From NCBI RefSeq assembly GCF_009914755.1, contig NC_060925.1: a stretch of DNA of 64,000 nt; one strand, given 5' to 3'. The stretch is from the human T2T-CHM13v2.0 reference genome, Homo sapiens. A program made the position numbers and the translations under genes. Shown one piece after another: positions 27,564 to 44,500 of this stretch (positions within the stretch are counted from its first letter, which is position 1; every line of letters begins with the position of its first letter). Below the pieces are notes generated by a model. That model had not been told where the DNA came from, did not search any database, and was given only the letters and a program-made list of their open reading frames with translations.

Positions 27564-30204
27564 TTTAGTCAAAGCCTGGAGAATTGTTACATCTCCTGAA
27601 TGATCAGTTCAGAAACATGTCACAATGCAGCCTCCCTGCGGAGCATAGAGAAGATTTGTATCATTTGGGTGATCAGTGCAGAGACATATCACAATGTCCC
27701 CTGTACAAAAAGCCTGGAAATGATTTACATCACCTCGGTAATCAGTGCATAGGTATGACAGAAATTCCCAATAGGCTGAACCTAGACAAGGGTTTCATCA
27801 CTTCATCAGTGCAGAGATATGTCACAATGTCCCCTGTAGGCAAAGCCTAGGCAAGAGTTACATCACCTTTGTCATCAGTTCAGGGATATGTGAAAACGCC
27901 CATGTAGGCAGAGCCAAGACAAGAGTTACATCACCTTTGTCATCAGTTCAGGTATATGGGAAAACGCCCATGTAGGCAAAGCCAAGACAAGAGTTACATC
28001 ACCTAGCTGATCAGTGCAGAGATATTTCACAATACCCCCTGTAGGCAGATCCTAGACAAGAGTTGAATCACCTGGGTTATCAATGCAGAGATATTTCACA
28101 ATGCCCCCTTTGGGCAGAGGGTAGACAAGGGTTACATCACATATGTGATCAGTGCAGAGATTTGTCAAAATTTCCTATAGGCAGTGCTTATAAAAGTGTT
28201 ACATCAACTAAGTGATCAGTGCAGAGATATGTCACAAAGCTCCTGTAGGCAGAATTTAGATGAGTTACATCACCTGGGTGATCAGTGCAAAGGTATGTTC
28301 CAAAGCCTCCTGTTGGCAAAGCCTAGACAATATTTATATCACTATGGTGATCAGTGGAGAGATCCCTCACAATTCCCCTGTAGGCAGAGCTTATACAACA
28401 CTTACATCACCTGGGTGTTCAGTGCAGAGATATGTCACAATGCCCCCATGGGCAGATCCAAGACAAGACTCAGTCACCTGGGTGATCAGTGAAGAAATAT
28501 GTCACATTGCCCCCTTAGGCAGAGCCTAGACAAAAGCCCAACACCTGGATGATCAGTGCAGAGTTGTGTCCCAAAGTCGCTTTAGGCAGATTCTGGAAAA
28601 GAGTTACATCACGTGGATGATCAGTGCAGAGATATGTCACAATGCCACTGTAGGCAGAGCCTAGACAAGAGTTACATGACCTAGGTGATCAGTGCAGAGA
28701 TACATCGCAATGCCCCTGTAAGCATAGCCTTGACAAGTGGTATATCTCCTGGGTGATCATTGCAGGGATATGTCACAAAGCACCCTGTAGGCAGATCCTA
28801 CAAAAGATTTGCATCACCTGGGTGATCAGTGAAGAGATATGTCACAATGCCACTGTTGGGAGAGCCTAGACAAGAGTCCCATCACCTGGGTGATCAGTGC
28901 AGAGTTCTGTCACAATGCTGTTGTAGGCAGAGCCTTGACATGTGGTATATCACCTGGGTGATCATTGCAGGGATATGTCACAAAGCACCCTGTAGGCAGA
29001 TCCTAGAGAAGAGTTATATCACCTGGGTGATCAGTGCAGAGATATGTCACAAGCCTCCTGTAGGCAGAGCCTAGACAAGAGTTATATCACCTGGGTGATC
29101 AGTGCAGTGATATGTCACAATGCCGTGTAGCCAGAGCCTAGAATATAGTTAGAGCACCTGGGAGATCAATGCAGAGATATGTCACAATGTCACCAGTAGG
29201 CAGAGACCAGGCAAGAGTTGGATCACCTCGGAATAAGTGCAGAGATATGTCTCAATCCCCCTGTGGGCACAGCCTAGACAAGGGTTACATCACCTCGGTT
29301 AACAGTGCAGAGATATGTCAAAATGCCCCTGAATGCAGAGCCTACACAAGTGTTAAATCACTTATGTGATCAGTGCAGAGATATGTCACAATACCAGGTT
29401 TAAGCAGAGCCTAGACAAGAGTTACATCACCTGGGTGATCAGTGCAGAGATATGTGACAAGGCGCCTTTAAGCAGAGCCTAGACAATAGTTACATCACCT
29501 GAGTGATCAGTGCAGAGATCTGTCACAATGCCCTTTTAGGCAGAGCTTAAACAAGAGTTACATCACCTGGGTGATCAGTTCAGAGATATGTCACAATGCC
29601 CCCATAGGCAAATCCAAGACAAGAGTCCATCACATGGGTGATCAGTGCAGAAATATGTGACAATGCCCCCAGTAGGCAGAGCTTAGAGAAGATTCCCATC
29701 CCCTTGGTGATCAGTGCAGAGATATTTCATAATGCCTTGCAGGCAGAGCGTAAGCAAGAGTTGCATCACCTAGGTGATCAGTGCAGAGATATGTCACAAG
29801 GCCCCCTATAGGCAGAGCCTGGACAAGAGTTACATCACCTTGGTGATCAATGCAGTGATATGTCACTATGCCCCGTAGGCAGAGCCTAGTTAATCGTTAC
29901 ATCACCTGGGTGATCAGTGCAGAGATAAGTCACAAAGCCCCCATCCACAGTGCCTAGACAAAGTCCCATCACCTGGGCGATCAGTGTAGAAATATGTCAC
30001 AATGCCCCCATAGGCAGATCCAACACAAGAGTTACATCACCAAGGTGATCAGTGTAGAGATATGTCACAATGCCCCCATAGGCAGAGCCTAGAAAAAACT
30101 CCCATCAGCTGGGTGAACAGTGCAGAGATATGTCACAAAGCCCCTGTAGGCAGAGCCTAGACAAGTGTTACATCACTTTGTTGAGCAGTTCTGAGATGTG
30201 TCAT
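27564..30204 (+). repeat. Beta-satellite array, block 3
   Basis: 68-bp monomers in plus orientation. The usual post-pLAM monomer series is cut short at ~27803. Confidence 0.97.
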
Positions 30205-31060
30205 GCTAACTGTTTGCTCCCGGAGCTCTGCGGGGACCCGGAAACATGAGGGAAGTGTGGAAGACCGGCATGGTTCCTTCGCTCTCCTTGCCAGTTTCCA
30301 AACCGGCCACACTGCAGTCTCCCCATGTTGCTGCACACGGGAATCCATCGTCAGTCCATCACGCTGGGGAGTCATCTTCTCTCTGGGGTCTCGCTCTGGT
30401 CTCCAAAGTGGAAATAAATGACAGGCACACGGCTGCGTGTGTCAGACTGTCCTGGCAAAGGCGCCACCCACAGGCACTGCCTCCTTCACGGAGAGAGGGC
30501 CTGGAACACTGAAGACTCACGGAAGTTCAGTTCCACACTCCCGGCCACACTCCCAGGCCAGTTTCTCTCTGCTGAAAACGCGTGGGAGCCCAGAGAGCAG
30601 CTTCCAGTTCCCGCGGGATTCCTGGAGAGGTCCGGAGATCCAGCCCCCAAAACGCGCCCCCCTCACCCTTTCCCCTTCGCCCCCTTCCTCTTCGTCTATC
30701 CAGCCCCACCACCACCATCACCACGCCATCCCCCCACACCCGACCACCCTCCGGCCACAGGCCTCGACGAGCTGGGACCCTTCTGGTGTGGGGCGGGCTG
30801 TCCCAGGGCTCACCGCCATTCATGAAGGGGTGGAGCCTGCCTGCCTGCGGGCCTTTAAAAGAGCCCGTGCCCCTGCAGCCTCCCAGCTGCCACCATGGGG
30901 CGCCTGGCGGCGGAACGCTGACCTCTAGCTCTCTTTGCTGGCCTCCTGGCTAGACCTGCGCTCATTGCGCACCCTGGCTGACGTGTAAGGGAGCCCTCTC
31001 GCCTCTCTGTGCCCTTGTCCGTGAAATTCCGGCTGAGGCTCTCCCAACACCTTCTGACAC
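30205..31060 (+). repeat. ORF-less D4Z4 cassette: promoter fused directly to pLAM-proximal sequence
   Basis: CCTTTAAAAGA-GCC-CGTGCCCCTGCAG junction at 30863-30865. About 1.9 kb, including the whole DUX ORF, is missing relative to 39486-41385. Confidence 0.9.
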
Positions 31061-34000
31061 TCTTTAGTCAAAGCCTGGAGAATAGTTACAGAACTGAATG
31101 ATCAGTTCAGAAATATGTCACAATGCACCCTCCCTGCGGAGCCTAGAGAGGATTTCCATCATTTGGGTGATCAGTGCAGAGATATATCACAATGTCCCCG
31201 GTACAAAAAGCCTGGAAATGATTTACATCACCTCGGTGATCAGTGCATAGGTACGTCAGAAATCCACAGTAGGCTGAACCTACACAAGCGGTACATCACT
31301 TAGGTGAGCAGTGTAGAGATATGTGAAAATTCCCGTGTATACAGAGCCTAGACAAGTGTTACATCACCTAGTGATCAGTGCAGGGATAAGTCGTAAAGCC
31401 TCCTGTAGGCAGAATGTAGTCAAGTGTTTCCTTCCTGGGGTGACCAGTGCAGAGATATGTCATAAAGCCCCTATAAGCAGAACCTTGACAAGGATTACAT
31501 CACCTGTTTGATCAGCGGAAATGTATATCACAAAGCCACTGTAGGCAAATCCCAGACAATTGTTACATCACCTGGGTGAGCAGTGGAGAGATCTGTCACA
31601 ATGCCCCTGTAGGCAGAGCTTAGACAAGGGTTACATCACCTGGGTGATCAGTGCAGAGATATGTCAAAACTCTCCTGCAGGCTGAACATAGACAGGAGTT
31701 ACATCACCTCGGTGATCAGTGCAGAGATATGTGAGAATTCCCGTGTAGGCAGAGCCTAGACAAGTGTTACATCACCTAGGTTATCAGTACAGGTATAAGT
31801 CATAAAGCTTCCTGTAGGCAGAGCGTAGACAAGAGTTCCCTCCCCAGGGTGATCAGTGCAGATGTGTCACAAAGCCCCTGTAGGCAGAGCCTAGACAAGA
31901 GTTTCATCACTTGGTTGATCAGTTCAGAGATGTGTCACAATGTCCATGTAGGCACATCTAAGACAAAAGTCCATCACCTGGGTGATCAGTGCAGAGGTAT
32001 GTACCAATGTACCCTGTAGGCAGTGCCTAGACAAGAGTTGCATTACCTCAGAGATCAGTGCACAGATCTGTCACAAAGCCTTCTGTAGGCAACGCCCATA
32101 CAAGGCTTACATCACCTAGGTGATCAGTGCAGTGATATGTTAGAAAAATCCCTGTAGACAGAGCCTAGACAAGAGTTAAATCAACTGGGTGATCAGTGCA
32201 GATATTTGACACAATGACCTCATAGACAGAGCCTAGACAAGACTTCCATCGTCTGGGTGATCAGTCCAGAGATATGTCACAAATCCTCCTCTAGGCAGAG
32301 TATAGAAAAGAGTCCCATCACCTGGGTAATCAGTGCAGAGATATTTCACAATGCCCCCTGTAGGCAGAGAGTGGACAAGAGTTACATAATCTAGTTGATC
32401 TGTGCACAGCTATGTCAAAACTTCTCTGTAGGCAGAGCCTAGAAAAATGTTACATCAACTGAGTGATCAGTGCAGAGATACGTCACCATACCCCCTGTAG
32501 GTGGAGCCTAGACAAGAGTTACATCACCTGGGTAATCAGTGCAGAAATATGTCACAAATCCCATATAGGCCGAGCATAGACAACAGTTACACCTCCTGGG
32601 TGATCAGTGCAAAGATATGTCACAAATCCCCCTGTAGACAAATCACAGAAAATTGTTACATCATCTGGGTGATCAGGGGAGATATCTGTCACAATTCCCC
32701 TTTAGGCGCAGCTTAGACAAGCGTTACATCACATGAGTGATCAGTGCGGAGATATGTCACTATGCCCCCATAGGCAAATCCAAGACAGGAGTCCATCACC
32801 TGGGTGATGAGTGCAGAAATATGCCACAAAGCCGCCAGTAGGCAGATATAGAAAAAAGTTACATCACTTGCGTGATCACTGCAGAGATATTTCACAATGC
32901 CCTGTAGGCAGAGCCTAGACAAGGGTCACATCACCTGGGTGATCAGTGCAGAGTTATGTCACAATGCCCCCTTTTGGCAGAGCCTAGTCAAGGGTTACAT
33001 CACCTGGGTGATCAGTGCAGAGATGTGTCACAAGCCCCTGTAGCCAGAGCCTAGACAAGAGTTACATCAGCTGTGTGATCAGTGCAGTGACATGTCACAA
33101 TGTCCCTGTAGCCATATCCTTGACAAAAGTGACATCACCTGGGTGATCAGTGCGGAGATATGTCACAATGTCTCCAGTAGGCAGAGCCTAGACAAGAGTT
33201 ACATCACCTGGGTGATCAGGGCAGAGATATGTCACAATGCCCCCTGTAAGCAGATCCCAGACAATAGTTGCATCACCTCGGTGATCAGTGTAGAGATATG
33301 TCTCAATGCCCCCTGTCGGTGAAGCCTATAGGAGAGTTACAACATCTCGGTGATCAGTGCAGTGATATGTCACAATGTCTCCAGTAGGCAGAGCCTAGAC
33401 AAGAGTTACATCCCCTGGGTGATTAGTGCAGAGATATCTCACAATACCCTCTGTAAGCAGAGCCTAGACAAGAGTTACATCACCTGGGTGATCAGTGCAG
33501 AGATATGTCATAAAACCCACTGTAGGCAAAGCCTAGACAAGTTTTGCATCACCTCAGCGATCAGTGCATAGATATGTCCCAATGTCCCTCCAGGCAGAGC
33601 TTAGAAAAGTGTCACATCTCCTGGGTGATCAGTGCAGAGATAAGCCACAGTTCCCCCATAGGCAGGGCCTAGACAAGAGTTACATAACACGGGTATTCCG
33701 TGCAGAGTGCTGTCACAACGCCCTCAGTAGGCAGAGAGTAGAAAAGGGTTACATCACCTGGGTTATCGGTGCAGAGATATGTCACAATACCCCCTGTAGG
33801 CACTGCATAGAGAAGAGTTGCATCACCTGGGTGATCAGTGCAGAGTTATGTCACAATCTGCCCTGTAGACAGAGCATAGAGAAGAGTTACATCACCTGGG
33901 TGATCAGTGCAGAGATATGTCACAACGTCCCCTGTGGGCAAAGGCTAGGCAAGAGTTACATCACCTTTGTCATCAGTTCAGGGATACGTGAATACGCCCA

Positions 34001-37000
34001 TCTAGGCAGAGCCTAGACAAGTGTTAATCACCTAGTTTTGCAGTGCAGAGATATTTCACAATACCCCCTGTAGGCAGATCCTAGAAAAGAGTTGAATCAC
34101 CTGTGTGATCAGTGGAGAAATATTTCACAATGCCCCCTTTGGGCAGAGAGTAGACAAGAGTTACTTCACCTAGGTGATCAGTGCAGAGATTCGTCAAAAT
34201 TCCCTGTAGGCAGTGCTTATAAAAGTGTTACATCACCTAAGTGATCAGTGCAGAGATATGTCACAAAGCTCCTGAAGGCAGAACTTAGTTGAGTTACACG
34301 ATCTGGGTTAACAGTGCAAAGGTATGTCACAAAGACTTCTATAGGCAAAGCCTAGATAATAGTTACATCACTTGCGTGAACAGTGGCGAGATCTCTCACA
34401 ATTCCCCTGTAGGCAAAGCATATACAACAGTTACATCACATGGGTGATCAGTGCAGAGATATGTCACGATGCCTCCACAGGCAGATTCAAGACAATAGTC
34501 CGTCGCCTGGGTGATCAGTGCAGTAATATGTCACAATGCCCCCTTAGGCAGAGCCTGGACAAGAGCCCCATCACCTGGATGATTAGTGCAGAGTTATGTC
34601 ACAAAGTCCCTTTAGGCAGATCCTAGACAAGAGTTACATCACTTGGATGATCAGTGCAGAGATATGCCACAATACCACTGTAGGCAGAGCCTAGACAAGT
34701 TTCACATGACCTAGGTGATCCGTGAAGAGATACATCACAATGTCCCTGTAGGCTGAGCCTTGACAAGTGGTACATCACCTGGGTGATCATTGCAGGGAGA
34801 TGTCACAAAGCACCATTTAGGCAGATCCTAGTAAAGAGTTACATCGCCTGGGTGATCAGTGAAGAGATATGTCACAATGCCACTGTAGGCAGAGCCTAGA
34901 CAAGAGTTACATGACCTAGGTGATCAGTGCAGAGATACATCGTAATGCCCCTGTAGGCAGAGCCTTGATAAGTGGTATATCACCTGGGAGATCATTGCAG
35001 GGATATGTCAAACAGCACCCTGTAGGCAAATCCTGGAGAATTGTTATATCACATGGGTGATCAGTGCAGAGATATGTCACAAGCCCCCTGTAGGCAGAGC
35101 CTAGACAAGAGTTATATAACCTGGGTGATCAGTGCAGTGATATGTCACAATGCCGTGTAGCCAGAGCCTAGATTAAAGTTACAGCACCTGGGATATCAGT
35201 GCAGAGATATGTCACAATGTCCCCAGTAGGCAGAGACCAGGCAAGAGTTGGATCACCTCGGGATCAGTACAGAGTTATGTCTCAATTCCCCTGTGGGCAC
35301 AGCCTATACAAGAGTTACATCACCTCGGTTAACAGTGCAGGGATATTTCAAAATACCCTTGTAGTCAGAGCCTACACAATTGTTACAACACTTAGGTGAT
35401 CAGTGCAGAGATATGTCACAATACCCCCTGTAAGCAGAGCCTAAACAAGTGTTACATCACCTGAGTGATAAGTGCAGAGATATGTGACAAGGCACCTTTA
35501 AGCAGAGCCTAAACAATAGTTACATCACATGGGTGATCAGTGCAAAGATGTGTCACAAGCCACCTCTAGCCAGAGCCTAGACAAGAGTTACATGAGATGT
35601 GTGATCGTGCAGTTACATGTCACAATGTCCCTGTAGCCATATCCTTGACAAAAGTGACATCACCTGGGTGATCAGTGCAGAGATATGTCACAATGTCTCC
35701 AGTAGGCAGAGCCTAGACAAGAGTTACATCACCTGGGTGATCAGGGCAGAGATATGTCACAATGCCCCCTGTAAGCAGATCCAAGACAAGAGTTGCATCA
35801 CCTCGGTGATCAGTGCACAGATATGTCTCAATGCCCCCTGTCGTCGAAGCCTATACAAGAGTTACATCATCTCTGTGATCAGTGCAGTGATATGTGAAAA
35901 TGCCCCTGTAGGCAGAGCCTAGACAAGAGTTACATCACCTGGGTGATCAGTGCAGTGATATCACACAATAGCCCCTGTAGGCAGAGCCTAGACAAGAGTT
36001 ACATCACCTGGGTCATCAGTGCAGAGATATGTCATAAATCCCACTGTAGGAAAAGCCTAGACAAATTTTACATCAACTCAGAGATCAGTGCAGAGATATG
36101 TCCCAATGTCCCTATAGGCAGAGCTTAGACAAGAGTCACATCTCCTGGGTGATCAGTGCAGACATAAGTCACAGTGTTCCCATAGGCAGATCCTAGACAA
36201 GAGTTACATAACCCGTGTGACCCGTGCAGAGTGATGTCACAACGCCCTCTGTAAGTAGAGAATAGAAAATAGGTACATCACCTGGGTGATCAGTGTAGAG
36301 ATATGTCACCATGTCCCCTGTAGGCAGAGCATAGAGAAGAGTTGCATCATCCGGTTGATCAGTGCAGAGATATGTCACAATGCCCCTATAGGCAGAGCAT
36401 AGAGAAGAGTTGCATCACCTGGGTGATAACTGCAGAGTTATGTCACAATGTCCCCTGTAGGCAAAGCCTAGGCAAGAGTTACATCACCTTGGTCATCAAT
36501 TCAGGGATATGTGAAAACGCCCATGTAGGCAGAGCCTAGGCAAGTCTTACATTACCTAGTTTATCAGTACACAGATATTTCAGAATACCCCCTGTAGGCA
36601 TATCCTAGACAAGAGTTGAATCACCTGGGTGATCAGTGCAGAGATATATCACAAAGCACCCTGTAGGCAGATCCTAGAAAAGAGTTACATCACCAAGGTG
36701 ATCAGTGGGGAGATTTGTCAAAATTCCCTGTTGGCAGTGCTTATAAAAGTGTTACATCACCGAAGAGATCCGTGCAGAGATATGGCACAAAGCTCCTGTC
36801 GGCAAACGTAGATGTGTTACATCACCTGGGTGATCAGTGCAAAGGTATGTCACAAAGCCCTCTGTAGGCAAAGCCTAGAAAATGGTTACATCACCTGAGT
36901 GATCAGAGCAGAGATCTCTCACAATGTCCCTTTAGGCAGAGCTTAGACCAGTGTTACATCACCTGCGTGATCAGTGCAGAGATATGTCACAATGCCCCCA

Positions 37001-38827
37001 TAGGCAAATCCAAGAAAACAATCCGTCACCTGGTTGATCAGTGCAGAGATATGTCACAATACCCCCTGTAGGTGGAGCCTAGAAAAGAGTTACATCACCT
37101 GGGTTATCAGTACAGAAATATGTCACAAAGCCCCTGTAGTCAGAGCCTAAGCAAGAATTACATCACCTGGGTGATCAATGCAGAAATATGTCACAAAGCC
37201 CCTGTAGGCCAAGCCTAGTCAAGTGTTACATCTCCTGGGTGATCAGTGCAGAGATGTGTCAAAAGCCCCTGTAGCCAGAGCCTAGACAAGAGTTACATCA
37301 GCTGTGTGATCAGTGCAGTGACATGTCACAATGTCCCTGTAGCCATATCCTTGGCAAAAGTGACATAACGTGGGTGATCAGTGCGGAGATATGTCACAAT
37401 GTCTCCAATAGGCAGAGCCTAGACAAGAGTTACATCACCTGGGTGATCAGGGCAGAGATATGTCACAATGCCCCCCGTAAGCAGATCCCAGACAAGAGTT
37501 GCATCACCTCGGTGATCAGTGCAGAGATATGTCACAATGCCACTGTAGGCATAGCCTAGACAAGAGTTACATGACCTAGGTGATCAGTGTAGAGATACAT
37601 CCCAATGTCCCTCTAGGCAGAACCCTTACAAGCGGTATATCACCTGGGTGATCATTGCAGGGATATGTCACAAAGCACCCTGTAGGCAGATCCTAGAAGG
37701 GAGATATATCACCTGAGTGATCAGTGCAGAGATATGTCACAATGCCGTGTAGCCAGAACCTAGACTAAAGTTACAGTACCTGGGAGATCAGTGCAGAGAT
37801 ATGTCACAATGTCCCCAGTAGACAGAGACCAGGCAAGAGTTGGATCACCTCGGGATCAGTGCAGAGATATGTCTCAATCTCCCTGTGGGCACAGCCTAAA
37901 CAAGTGTTACATCACCTCTGTTAACAGTGCAGAGATATGTCAAAGTGTCCCTGTAGGCAGAGCGTACACAAGAGTTACATCACTTAGGTGATCAGTGCAG
38001 AGATATGTCACAATATCCCCTGCAAGCAGAGCCTAGACAAGAGTTACATCACCTGGGTGATCAGTGCAGAGATGTGTGACAAGGCCCCTTTAAGCAGAGC
38101 CTAGAAAATACTTACATCAGCTGAGTGATCAGTGCAGAGATCTGTCACAATGCCCCTTAAGGCAGAGCTTAGACCAGACTTATATCACCTGGGTGATCAG
38201 TGCAGAGACATGTCACAATGCCCCCTTAGGCAAATCCAAGACAAGAGCCTGTCACCTGGCTGATCAGTGCAGAAATATGTGACAATGCCCCAAGTAGGCA
38301 GAGCCTAGAGAAGAGTCCCATCACCTGGGTGATCAGTGCTGTGATATTTAACAAAGCCCCTGCAGGGAGAGCATAAGCAATAGTTACATCACCAAGATGA
38401 TCAGTGCAGAGATATGTCACAAGGCCCCCTATAGGCAGAGTTTGGACAAGAGTTACATCACCTTGGTGATCAATGCAGTGATATGTCACTATGCCCCGTA
38501 GGCAGAGCCTAGTCATGCTTTACTTCACCTGGGTGATCAGTGCAGAGATATGTCACAAAGCCCCATACACAGAGCCTAGACAAGGGTCCCTTCATCTGGG
38601 TGATCAGTGCAGAAATATGTCACAATGTCCCCATAGGCTGATCCAACACAAGAGTTACATCACCTGGTTGATCAGTGTAGAGATATCTCACAATGCCCCC
38701 ATAGGCAGAGTCTAGACAAAAGTCCCATCACCTGGGTGATCAGTGCACAGATATGTCACAAAGCACCTGTAGGCAGAGCCTAGACAACTGTTACATCACT
38801 TTGTTGATGAGTTCAGAGATGTTTCAT
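31061..38827 (+). repeat. Beta-satellite array, block 4
   Basis: Tandem 68-bp monomers. Confidence 0.97.
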
Positions 38828-41586
<2,759 letters not shown>

Positions 41587-44500
41587 TTTAGTCAAAGCCT
41601 GGAGAACAGTTACATCTCCTGGATGACTAGTTCAGAAATATGTCACAATTCCCCCTCCCTGCGGAGCCTAGAGAAGATTTGCATCATTTGGGTGATCAGT
41701 GCAGAGATATATCACAATGTCCCTTGTACAAAAAGCCTGGAAATGATTTACATCACCTCGGTGATCAGTGCATAGGTATGTCAGAAATCCCCAGTAGGAT
41801 GAACCTAGACAAGGTTTACATCATTTAGGTGATCAGTGTAGAGATAAGTGAAAATTCCTGTGTAGACAGAGCCTAGACAAGTGTTACATCACCTAGTGAT
41901 CAGTGCAGGGGTAAGTACTAAAGCCTCCTGTAGGCAGAGTGTAGATAAATGTTTCCTCCCTGGGATGATCAGTGCAGAGATATGTCACAAAGCCCCTGTA
42001 AGCAGAACCTTGACAAGGGTTACATCACCTGTTTGATCAGTGGAAATGTATATCACAAAGCCCCCTGTAGGCAAAGCTCAGACAATTGTTACATCACCTG
42101 GGTGAGCAGTGGAGAGAACTGTCACAATGACCCTGTAGGCAGAGCTTAGACAAGGGTTACATCACCTGGGTGATCAGTGCAGAGATATGTCAAAACGCTC
42201 CTGTAGGCTGAACCTAGACAGGAGTTACATCACCTGGGTGATCAGTGCAGAGATATGTGAGAATTCCCGTGTAGGCAGAGTCTAGACAAGTGTTACATCA
42301 CCTACGTTATCAGTGCAGGTATAAGTCATAAAGCGTCGGGTAGGCAGAGCATAGACAAGAGTTCCCTCCCCAGGGTGATCAGTGCAGAGATGTGTCACAA
42401 AGCCCCTGTAGGCAGAGCCTAGACAAGACTTTCATCACTTGGTTGATCAGTTCAGAGATGTGTCACAATGTCCATGTAGGCAGATCTAAGACAAGAGTCC
42501 ATCACCTGGGTGATCAGTGCAGAGATATGTACCCATGTCCCCTCTAGGCGGTGCCTAGAAAAGAGTTGCCTCACGTCAGATATCAGTGCATAGATATGTC
42601 ACAAAGCCTTCTGTAGGCAAAGCCCATACAAGGCTTACATCACCTAGGTGATCAGTGCAGTGGTATGTCACAAAAATCCCTGTAGACAGAGCCTAGAAGA
42701 GCCTAGAAAAGAGTTACATCACCTGGGTGATCAGTGCAGATATTTGACACAATGCCCCCATAGACAGAGCATAGAAAAGACTTCCATCACCTGGGTGATC
42801 AGTGCAGAGATATGTCACAAATCCCCCTCTAGGCAGAGTATAGAGAAGATCCCATCACCTGCGTGATCAGTGCAGAGATATTTCACAATACCCCCTATAG
42901 ACAGAGAGTGGACAATAGTTACATAACCTAGGTGATCTGTGCAGAGCTATGTCAAAACGCCCCTGTAGGCAGAGACTAGATAAATGTTACATCACCTGGG
43001 TGATCAGTGCAGAGATACGTCACAATACCCCCTGTAGGTGGAGCGTAGACAAGAGATACATCACCTGGGTGATCCGTGCAGAAATATGTCACAAAGTCCC
43101 TGTAGGCCGAGGCTAGACAAGAGTTACATCTCTTTGGTGTTCAGTGCAAAGATATGTCACAAAGCCCCCTGTAGACAAATACCAGAAAATTGTTACATCA
43201 CCTGGGTGATCAGTGGAGGTATCTGTCACAATTCCCCTTTACGCGCAGCTTAGACAAGCGTTACATCACATGAGTGATCAGTGCAGAGATATGTCACTAT
43301 GCCCCCATAGGTAGATCCAAGACAAGAGTCCATCAACTTTGTGATCAGTGTAGAAATATGCCACAATGCCGCCAGTAGGCAGATAAAGAAAAGAGTTACA
43401 TCACCTGGGTGATCACTGCAGAGATATGTCACAATGACCCTGTAGGCAGAGCCTAGATAAGAGTCCCATCACTTGGCAGATAAGTGCAGAGTTATGTCAC
43501 AATGCCCCTTTTTGGCAGAGCCTAGACAAGGGTTATATCACCTGGGTGATCAGTGCAGAGATGTGTCACAAACCCCCTGTAGCCAGAGCCTAGACAAGTG
43601 TTACATCAGCTGTGTGATCAGTGTAGTGACATGTCACAATGTTCCTGTAGCCATATCCTTGACAAAAGTGACATCACCTGGGTGATCTGTGCGGAGGTAT
43701 GTCACAATGTCTCCAGTAGGCAGAGCCTAGACAAAAGTTACATCTCCTGGGTGATCAGTGCAGAGATAAGTCACAATGCCCTCATAGGCAGAGCCTAGAC
43801 AAGAGTTACATAACCAGGGTGATCAGTGCAGAGGTATGTCACAATGCCCCCTGTAGGCAGAGCATAGAGGAGAGTTGCTTCACCAGGGTGATCAATGCAG
43901 ATATATTTCACAATGTCTCCTGTAGGCAGAGCATAGAGAAGAGTTTCATCACCTGGGTGATCAGTGCAGATATATGTCACAATGTCCCCTGTAGGCAGAT
44001 CCCAGACAAGAGTTGCATCACCACTGTGATCAGTGCAGAGATATGTCTCAATGCCCCCTGTCGGCGAAGCCTATACAAGAGTTACATCATCTCGGTGATC
44101 AGTGCAGTGACATGTTAAAATGACCCTGTAGGCAGAGCCTAGACAAGAGTTACATCACCTGGGTGATCAGTGCAGATATATGACACAATGCACCCATAGA
44201 CAGAGCCTAGAGAAGACTTCCATCACCTTAGTGATCAGTTCAGAGATAACTCACAATACCCCCTGTAAGCAGAGCCTAGACAACTGTTACATCACCTGGT
44301 TGATCAGTGCAGAGATATTTCACAATGCCCCCTGTAGGCAGAGAGTGTACAAGGGTAACATTACCTAGGTGATCTGTGCAGAGCTATGTCAAACACCCCT
44401 GTAGGCAGATCCTAGATAAATATTACATCACCTGGCTGATCAGTGCAGAGATACGTCACAATACCCCCTGTAGGCGGGGCCTAGACAAGAGTTACATCAC

